The translations under genes were made by a program, and so were the position numbers. The notes below the pieces were generated by a model that saw only the letters and a list, made by a program, of their open reading frames with translations, did no database searches and was not told the DNA's origin. This document shows positions 57,930 to 64,000 of a stretch of DNA of 64,000 bases, piece after piece. Numbering within the stretch: the stretch's first letter is position 1; each line of letters opens with the position of its first letter. Origin of the DNA: an uncultured virus (IMG/VR IMGVR_UViG_3300027668_000014) (lineage: Duplodnaviria; Heunggongvirae; Uroviricota; Caudoviricetes; Crassvirales); IMG/VR virus record IMGVR_UViG_3300027668_000014; one strand, given 5' to 3'.

Positions 57930-60149
57930 TTAATCTTTTATTATCTTAGAAGCGATGCCTTTGTTAGAGTATCTGGCTACACTTATGTTTAATTTTGGTT
58001 TTTCTACCTTTGCATTTGGCCTGTATAAATGCCTATTATTTGCCATAATAGCTAAACCAGAACTTATGGACGCATCATGCTTTGTTCTTTTGTTTATGTC
58101 AAACTTACACCAGTCATTTAATAGTTCATTGAAATAACAATCACCGTGCGTTCCATCTTGTTTAATACCTACGTGATCTTGAATGTACATCTCAATAGCA
58201 GCTGCGTGAGCTTGTTTTATGTCCTCACTTGAATTCGGTATACCACCAACTTCTTTTTCCGCTACAGACAGCTTGTTCCATAACTTATCAGGTCTATTCA
58301 TACTAAACCCTCTGTACCCTCTTCTTCTTAAATAATACAAAAGCCGTGGTTTATTGTTCTCTGCTAATATTGGCATCCCGTAAAATACTAAAGCCATTAG
58401 AACGTCTTCAAAGAACATCTCAGCTGTTGGAGGTCTTGATAAGTATTCTAGGAAAAAGTTGTTAGCCGGAGCGTCTTCCATACTAAATTTAGTTAAACCG
58501 TGTAAAGCTCCCTTTGACCCTACTCCATCTACTGTTCCTGATATATCGTATGAATCACAACCAAAAGAACCCATGTGTTCATTTCCTGGGTACCTAATAC
58601 CATTTTTAAGCACAACATTGTTTTGTATGCTAGAAGGTGGAACCCAGCTTAATTTAAACCTACCTTTTCTGTCTGGATAAAATATAACTTGAGAGTCTTT
58701 AACTCCATTAACCCACTGGAAATTACCTTGTGTAATACCTAGAGTACTTGACATCTCCTCGTTGTAATCTATTTGCTGGTACAACTTTACTAAGTTAAAT
58801 ATACTCCCTTTAGTCTCATCTCTAAACGCATGCTCTGTGGTTCTTGGAAACTGACGGTAAAATTCATTCAAACCATCTGAGTCATCTTTTAAACCGTCTA
58901 CTTCGTTTTGCCAGTTATCTATTACACCTACATCTATCAGTTCACCGCTTGGGTCGAACCTATCGACATCAGGAGTAGTGAAAACTGGAATTCCGAACTC
59001 ATCAATAAATCCTTCGTAGTTCCATTCCATTGGGATAAACAAAGAGTATAAACCAGACTTTGTCTGGCCATTTCTGTTTCTTTTTGTAACGTCTGAAGCA
59101 TTGTATAGTTTTTTAAAGTTCTCACCTCCTTTGTCTAAAGCATTTGATGTTGATCCCATCATACACTTACCGATGATTCTAGATCCTAATCTTAAACAAG
59201 TTTTTGTAACTCTCCAGTTATTAAGTATATTCTCAGGTCTCTCCCATTTACCAGCCTCGTCATGCACTAGTAGCGCTAGTTTCTCACCATCATAACTATT
59301 GTCTCCTGTGTTCTTCCAGTCAATTGTTGTATCTAATCCTTCTAAGTCTTCTATCTTTTCGTTTGCTGTTATCTTTTTTCTAGTGAACCTCGTGGACGGC
59401 ACTCTGTATGCTAGCTCTGTTTTCGGGCGATCCATACCATCTTGAATAGGTTTAAAAAAGAATGGATAGTTTATACTAATAGGAACTACTTTGTCGGTAA
59501 ACATTTTTTTAGCATCAGCACCTGTTTTAGATAAGATACCAAATCTACTATCACCTGCAAGAGTGGCTAAGTTAACGGTTTCAGCGGAAGACATAAAAGA
59601 AAAGCCAGATCGTCTGTTTTTAAGGTAGCACATTCCATAACATCTTTTATCTGCTTTACAGGCTTCCCAGAATATAAAGAATAATCTGTTTGCCTCTCTA
59701 AAGTCTGGTGCTCCAACATCAATCTTACTCCATTGTAAATACATGTAGTGAGTACCTGGCATCCAAGTTGCCTTGCCATTGTTAGTGAACCAAAACCCCT
59801 CTTCTCTTCTTTTGAACTCTTCGTCTATATAATCGTACCATTGTTCTTTTTGATCCTCCGGATAAGCACGCCAATCAAAGATGTTCTTTAAGCGCTCCAA
59901 TTCTTTCGGTTGAGTAAATCTAACCCATTTATCTTTAGCGTTGCTATACACATCCTTAGGCACCTTAGGTAGAGCGATAACTAGATCTTGTATTTGTATG
60001 ATTTCTCCTATCTGTCCATCACGCGATAGCACTATCAAATCTTGTTCTTTGTTGTAACCGTACTTCCACTTCCTACCCTTGTTCATTCTGGATATAGTGG
60101 TAAGCTTTATTGGCTCGACTGTTTTAACTAAGGTTTGCTCGTAGATCAT
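57930..60149 (-). CDS. terL: terminase large subunit
   Basis: LKNRRSGFS Walker A variant, LVHDEAGK Walker B, MGSTSN, nuclease domain GCDSY...ENN...HDASI. Confidence 0.88.
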   Translation of the reverse strand: MIYEQTLVKTVEPIKLTTISRMNKGRKWKYGYNKEQDLIVLSRDGQIGEIIQIQDLVIALPKVPKDVYSNAKDKWVRFTQPKELERLKNIFDWRAYPEDQKEQWYDYIDEEFKRREEGFWFTNNGKATWMPGTHYMYLQWSKIDVGAPDFREANRLFFIFWEACKADKRCYGMCYLKNRRSGFSFMSSAETVNLATLAGDSRFGILSKTGADAKKMFTDKVVPISINYPFFFKPIQDGMDRPKTELAYRVPSTRFTRKKITANEKIEDLEGLDTTIDWKNTGDNSYDGEKLALLVHDEAGKWERPENILNNWRVTKTCLRLGSRIIGKCMMGSTSNALDKGGENFKKLYNASDVTKRNRNGQTKSGLYSLFIPMEWNYEGFIDEFGIPVFTTPDVDRFDPSGELIDVGVIDNWQNEVDGLKDDSDGLNEFYRQFPRTTEHAFRDETKGSIFNLVKLYQQIDYNEEMSSTLGITQGNFQWVNGVKDSQVIFYPDRKGRFKLSWVPPSSIQNNVVLKNGIRYPGNEHMGSFGCDSYDISGTVDGVGSKGALHGLTKFSMEDAPANNFFLEYLSRPPTAEMFFEDVLMALVFYGMPILAENNKPRLLYYLRRRGYRGFSMNRPDKLWNKLSVAEKEVGGIPNSSEDIKQAHAAAIEMYIQDHVGIKQDGTHGDCYFNELLNDWCKFDINKRTKHDASISSGLAIMANNRHLYRPNAKVEKPKLNISVARYSNKGIASKIIKD

Positions 60150-60424
60150 TTAGATCTACCTTCAGCGAATCCTTTAAAGGTTTTATCCTTCACGTCTTCT
60201 ATTGCTTTTCCTTCCAATAAGTTCTCCTCCTCTTCAATCCTGCTAAGTATTTCAAACGCATCAAATATAGCTAGCTTCTTCGAAGCTGCTGCGTTCTTCA
60301 GCTTGTCAGCTGTTAAATCATCTTCAGAGTCAGTGACAATAGCTTCTTTAGCTACTTTTATTAACTCCTCCACTGCTTTGTGCCCAGCCTGGATTATATT
60401 CTTCTTCGTTTCCTTGACGTTCAT
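60146..60424 (-). CDS. putative terminase small subunit
   Basis: Helical 92 aa ORF (ATG 60424) immediately upstream of terL. Confidence 0.55.
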   Translation of the reverse strand: MNVKETKKNIIQAGHKAVEELIKVAKEAIVTDSEDDLTADKLKNAAASKKLAIFDAFEILSRIEEEENLLEGKAIEDVKDKTFKGFAEGRSK

Positions 60425-60959
60425 ATTTGATTGTAATAAAATTAGATAAAACTCGATATAGTCTCTCGCCATCAACGATAAACTCGTATTCACTACTTGG
60501 TCTAAAACCAACTAGATCGTTCACTTCGACTGTACCGTCTGAATATTTAACGATACCTTGTAAGGGTTTCTCAGCCTCAATATCAAACTGGTTTGTATTT
60601 TTTAAAGGCATTACAAAACAATATCCTTTAGGGCAAATCCAACCATCATCTCTTTTATATAAAAAGATTTGGTCTGGCGCTACAAGATATGTAGACTCAT
60701 TAAAAAAGCTTCTACTGTTTCTTTCTACGCCCTTAATGTCATGCCACCTTCTAAATACATTGTGGTGTACCAGTATAGTGTCACCTCGCATTATATCCGG
60801 GTGACCAACCATAGGAGTGGAAACCACCGTGGCTTCTCTATTAACAAACTGATGATTATAAATCTCAGTGTTTAATATTAGCTCACCACCGTCCACTTCT
60901 TTAGTGTTGTTATATCTACCTCCTTTTGGCGCTATAACAAAGTCATAAACGCTTGTCAT
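60348..60959 (-). CDS. GroES-like (tandem cpn10-type) protein
   Basis: GGELILNT...ATVVSTP...GDTILVHH and GIVKY...DLVGF...EYEFIVDGERLYRV. Confidence 0.6.
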   Translation of the reverse strand: MTSVYDFVIAPKGGRYNNTKEVDGGELILNTEIYNHQFVNREATVVSTPMVGHPDIMRGDTILVHHNVFRRWHDIKGVERNSRSFFNESTYLVAPDQIFLYKRDDGWICPKGYCFVMPLKNTNQFDIEAEKPLQGIVKYSDGTVEVNDLVGFRPSSEYEFIVDGERLYRVLSNFITIKYERQGNEEEYNPGWAQSSGGVNKSS

Positions 60960-61180
60960 TAGTACTGCAGATTATACTCTACTGATACCGCCATGTTTTT
61001 ATTAAAGTCTTTCCAAGGCAAAACATCTTTACCTTTTTTAATATAAACGGAGAACTTATCTTTCTCCTCTATGATATCGCAGATAGTATGACCACCATAC
61101 ACTTCTTGCCCCACGGCATAGTGCATAGCGTCATTCTTATAGTCTTTGCCAATACTAATCTTTCTTATCAGCTTCGCCAT
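60959..61180 (-). CDS. hypothetical protein
   Basis: 73 aa; IRKISIGKDYKNDAMHY. Confidence 0.7.
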   Translation of the reverse strand: MAKLIRKISIGKDYKNDAMHYAVGQEVYGGHTICDIIEEKDKFSVYIKKGKDVLPWKDFNKNMAVSVEYNLQY

Positions 61181-61445
61181 TTTCTATCGGATAATTTATA
61201 ACACCTGTTTGAATATCAATATCAAACGTTCCATACTCTAGTTCAAAGTCAGCCTGTAGTTTTTTCAATGTATCTCTTAGACCCGCTACGTTGTGCATTA
61301 TTTCGTGTTTCTTTATTTCCATGACACCAATCTCTACTTGACTGTTGTTGAGAGCATTTATTGTGTCTTGAACATCCTTCAACTGTTGCTGATTGATTTT
61401 TTCTGGTTTAGATTTAAAATCTATTATTTTTTCTTTTTTTGCCAT
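61155..61445 (-). CDS. hypothetical coiled-coil protein
   Basis: 96 aa; EYGTFDIDIQTG. Confidence 0.7.
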   Translation of the reverse strand: MAKKEKIIDFKSKPEKINQQQLKDVQDTINALNNSQVEIGVMEIKKHEIMHNVAGLRDTLKKLQADFELEYGTFDIDIQTGVINYPIENGEADKKD

Positions 61446-61475
61446 TTTATTTGATTTAAGTTAATTTATTAAGTA

Positions 61476-61488
61476 TATAGTTACACGT
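61476..61488 (-). promoter_or_regulatory. candidate phage-sigma promoter element ACGTGTAACTATA
   Basis: Intergenic, ~30 nt upstream of ATG 61445; 11/13 identical to the 7171 element. Confidence 0.5.
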
Positions 61489-61500
61489 ATATGCGAGTTA

Positions 61501-62322
61501 TTAGAACGGTACATTACCGGTTCCTGTTGTAACGTTACAACCACCGTTTTTTGTAAAATCATATCCTCCTCCTGAATGATCATCAGCACCATCAGTGTCG
61601 TCCATAGGTAACCAAACTAATAAAGCATTTGCTTGTGCTTGTGTGTAACTGCCAACACCCTGCTCACCCGCTGTCGTTGGGTTTCTCATTGCCGCACCAC
61701 CAGCGTATAGATATTTTGCGGCAGCAAGATCTAACTCAACACCTTTCCAAGCCATGAACTGACACATCTTACCAGATAAATCATTCAAACCACCTGCCCT
61801 TCCAATAAGAATAGCAGTGCCTGTATCAACCATCTCACCACCACTACCACCCGTATTATTAGTGTCGGTTTGTAGAACTCCATTTATATACAACTTCCAA
61901 CCTGTTAAGTTTCCATCGTGAGCCCAAACGTGATGCTCCCAATTAGTGTTAAATTGATTTTCAATAACTCTTCTTTTATAACTTTGATTTCCTTGGTAAG
62001 TATCTAAGAATAAACCACCATTTGCACTAGTGTGGTAAAAATGTCTATAAGAATTACCGCCACTACCGCCATATTTTGAAATTATACCATAAGGAGCATT
62101 TGCCACGTCTCTCTTCATCCAAAAAGAAAAACTATGTTTTTCGTTACTAGTGCTACTAGCGCTACCATCTGTAAATTCCCATTTATCATCTGAATCAGCA
62201 TCAGCAAGAGAAAGAAAATCACCACTCCCGTCAAAAATAAATGACTGAGTATTCGTGATGGTATTAGTGGGACCGCTACTTAGGTAATCTACGTGAGCGG
62301 CACTTAAACCCATGCCTAACAT
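61501..62322 (-). CDS. LamG/concanavalin A-like domain protein
   Basis: SFIFDGSGDF, SFSFWMK, WEHHVW, KLYINGVL, ILIGR. Confidence 0.75.
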   Translation of the reverse strand: MLGMGLSAAHVDYLSSGPTNTITNTQSFIFDGSGDFLSLADADSDDKWEFTDGSASSTSNEKHSFSFWMKRDVANAPYGIISKYGGSGGNSYRHFYHTSANGGLFLDTYQGNQSYKRRVIENQFNTNWEHHVWAHDGNLTGWKLYINGVLQTDTNNTGGSGGEMVDTGTAILIGRAGGLNDLSGKMCQFMAWKGVELDLAAAKYLYAGGAAMRNPTTAGEQGVGSYTQAQANALLVWLPMDDTDGADDHSGGGYDFTKNGGCNVTTGTGNVPF

Positions 62323-62975
62323 TATTTACCGAAGTAACAAATCACACCACTTGCAGAAGGTTGGAACGCTGTCCATCTTCCATAAATAGTAACTCCTTTT
62401 GGATATACTTGTGCAGCAGCAGTTATACCACCCGCACCTTGTTCAGGGCCTAAGAATATTAGGTGTTGATTTACAGCTGGTGTTATTTGTGCAGATAACT
62501 GAGGATCTCCGTTATCAGCTATGCCAGTAACAAATACACCTCGTTTATTTGGGCCAGAGTATATTGGCACAGGAGTTTCTGTGTCTATAGTTAAACCAGA
62601 TCCTTCGTGATCAGCGTCTAAAACCAATAATACAGCTTGCCCTACTTTTATCTTACCCGTAGTGGCTGATACCGAAACGTCAGCCCCAGCCGTGAAAGTA
62701 GCTGCTGTGTCACAGTTCGCTTGTGCAGAGCCTTGAAAGTTCATGTAGTCATCGGCCACGCCTACTACGTCGGTAGTCGTTCCACTAATTGAAACGTAAC
62801 CAGGACCTCTAGTGTCTAATTTTTCTGGCGTTAATACTGTCGGTGTGTTGTCTGATAAAAATTGAATAGCAACTATAACCATATCTTGTGGTGGTACTAT
62901 TAATTTTTCAAGATCTGTATAAGCACTACCTAGCTGACCAAAGCCATAAGCAACTTCTGTTGAATTTTGTCCCAT
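62322..62975 (-). CDS. putative structural protein
   Basis: 217 aa; FGQLGS...PKGVTIYGRWT. Confidence 0.6.
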   Translation of the reverse strand: MGQNSTEVAYGFGQLGSAYTDLEKLIVPPQDMVIVAIQFLSDNTPTVLTPEKLDTRGPGYVSISGTTTDVVGVADDYMNFQGSAQANCDTAATFTAGADVSVSATTGKIKVGQAVLLVLDADHEGSGLTIDTETPVPIYSGPNKRGVFVTGIADNGDPQLSAQITPAVNQHLIFLGPEQGAGGITAAAQVYPKGVTIYGRWTAFQPSASGVICYFGK

Positions 62976-62978
62976 AAT

Positions 62979-63371
62979 TTATTTTTTTACTTTTTCTAAT
63001 GATCGTCCACCGAAGTAGGCACCGATCACGGTTATTAATACTAGTTGTAATAAGTCTACCCACGAGGACTTAACCTCAAACTGAATGGTTCCAGCGTCTA
63101 TAAATATCATCAATACTGTTGATACTACTAGAAATATTAGAACTAGTGGTCTTATGTTTTTGCTAAGCCATGAATCGGATTGCATATCCATTTTCCATCG
63201 CTCAGTTACTTGTTTTTGCATTTCTGCTTCATAGCTCGCTACAAGCTCTTTAATCTTTAGTTCAGCCGCTAGCTTCTCGTCTTTAGATGTATGTAGGTTA
63301 TCTATAACACCACCTACGCTTTCTACAAGTTTAGCTGCTCCGCCAGATAGTAGTTTAGTTAAAATACTCAT
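62979..63371 (-). CDS. holin (3TM/GTA-holin-like)
   Basis: RWKMDMQSDSWLSKNIRPL, two TM helices, GAYFGGRSLEK. Confidence 0.75.
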   Translation of the reverse strand: MSILTKLLSGGAAKLVESVGGVIDNLHTSKDEKLAAELKIKELVASYEAEMQKQVTERWKMDMQSDSWLSKNIRPLVLIFLVVSTVLMIFIDAGTIQFEVKSSWVDLLQLVLITVIGAYFGGRSLEKVKK

Positions 63372-63643
63372 TAATCGTTTTTTTGCCTACCAATACTAAA
63401 CACGCCTTCGTCTCTCATTTTGTCTTCAAGATTACCCATATCGTGATCAGATGAGTCATCCAAAGTTGATTTACTTTTAATAGCTTTAGTTGTTGGATTA
63501 GGTGTTATAGTTAAATAATCTGTAGATTTAACCTCTGGCTCATATCCAGGTTTTCCTGGAGTACCCGGTGCATCTGGATCTACTTTTCCACCTTTCTTTT
63601 GCTTTATACCTGGCAGCGTGTGCCCATTCATTTTGTATGCCAT
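63371..63643 (-). CDS. small low-complexity protein
   Basis: MAYKMNGHTLPGIKQK... Confidence 0.6.
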   Translation of the reverse strand: MAYKMNGHTLPGIKQKKGGKVDPDAPGTPGKPGYEPEVKSTDYLTITPNPTTKAIKSKSTLDDSSDHDMGNLEDKMRDEGVFSIGRQKND

Positions 63644-63663
63644 AATTTTTGTTTATTAATTTG

Positions 63664-63999
63664 TTATTCCCAAGGCATTTTTTCCCAAGGAAAATCCTTA
63701 CTGCCTTCTGGTAACCATTGTTTATCAAAGTATATCTTGCCTTCTTTTCTAGGGAAAATTTCTCCCTGCCATCTAATAGCCTCATCGCTGTAAGCTAACT
63801 TACCAACCTTCATGTCAGTCATATGTATCATCTCATGCATTAGTACATGTTTTTCCATATCACTACCTGGTTTTAACTTCTCATGTATAAATATAGAACC
63901 ATCGTTATTGGCTTCTCCTAAAACGCCTCCCTCTAAGGATTTGCGTAAAACTGGGGTTCCTGGAATAGAAGTATCGGTATCCTTAAAAGAAAGCTTTGA
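63664..63999 (-). CDS. HExxH zinc metallopeptidase-like protein, 5'-truncated by the window edge
   Basis: The frame stays open from the edge (SKLSFKD...GVLGEANNDGSIFI...VLMHEMIH...FPWE). Confidence 0.7.
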   Translation of the reverse strand, partial: SKLSFKDTDTSIPGTPVLRKSLEGGVLGEANNDGSIFIHEKLKPGSDMEKHVLMHEMIHMTDMKVGKLAYSDEAIRWQGEIFPRKEGKIYFDKQWLPEGSKDFPWEKMPWE

Positions 64000-64000
64000 T

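Noticed and set aside
15648..64000. Numerous + strand ORFs in the late arm (e.g. 32153..32986, 31079..31441, 60427..60804)
   Set aside because: Antisense shadows of long - strand genes with S/L/F-rich, non-protein-like composition
1..64000. Stop-codon reassignment as in some crAss-like phages
   Set aside because: Genes up to 9 kb are intact in the standard code, and TAA, TGA and TAG all end genes
1..64000. Prophage or integration module
   Set aside because: No integrase, repressor pair, att-like repeat or flanking host genes recognised in the window

Overview
The window is a ~64 kb piece of a lytic-looking, podovirus-like dsDNA phage genome, probably infecting a Bacteroidota (Flavobacteriia-like) host. 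Host evidence: AT-rich leaders without Shine-Dalgarno sites, three signal peptides cleaved before Gln, a T9SS-type C-terminal tail and an Hc1-like protein. Two gene blocks converge on a bidirectional terminator at ~15.5 kb. The + strand (1-15.5 kb) has small early ORFs, a structured non-coding region, glutaredoxin, ATP-dependent DNA ligase, a sigma70-like factor, Erf recombinase, exonuclease, SSB, primase-helicase, a thymidylate-synthase-family enzyme, two all-alpha NTP pyrophosphatases, an endonuclease and class II RNR. The - strand (15.6-64 kb) has holin, a GroES-like protein, terminase, portal, scaffold, major capsid, tail proteins, a 2865 aa putative ejected protein, a secreted/outer-membrane module, tail fibres and an M15 endolysin. 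Highlights: (1) a ~310 nt non-coding cassette with a doubly pseudoknotted RNA and a tRNA/tmRNA-domain-like RNA; (2) a phage-encoded beta-barrel + redox-dead thioredoxin + T9SS-type cargo module; (3) a TS homologue with a dCMP-type signature, suggesting cytosine modification; (4) a polyvalent giant protein with zincin, nuclease, HAD and CCCH motifs; (5) two candidate promoter classes. All calls come from reading motifs by eye; no searches or folding programs were run.
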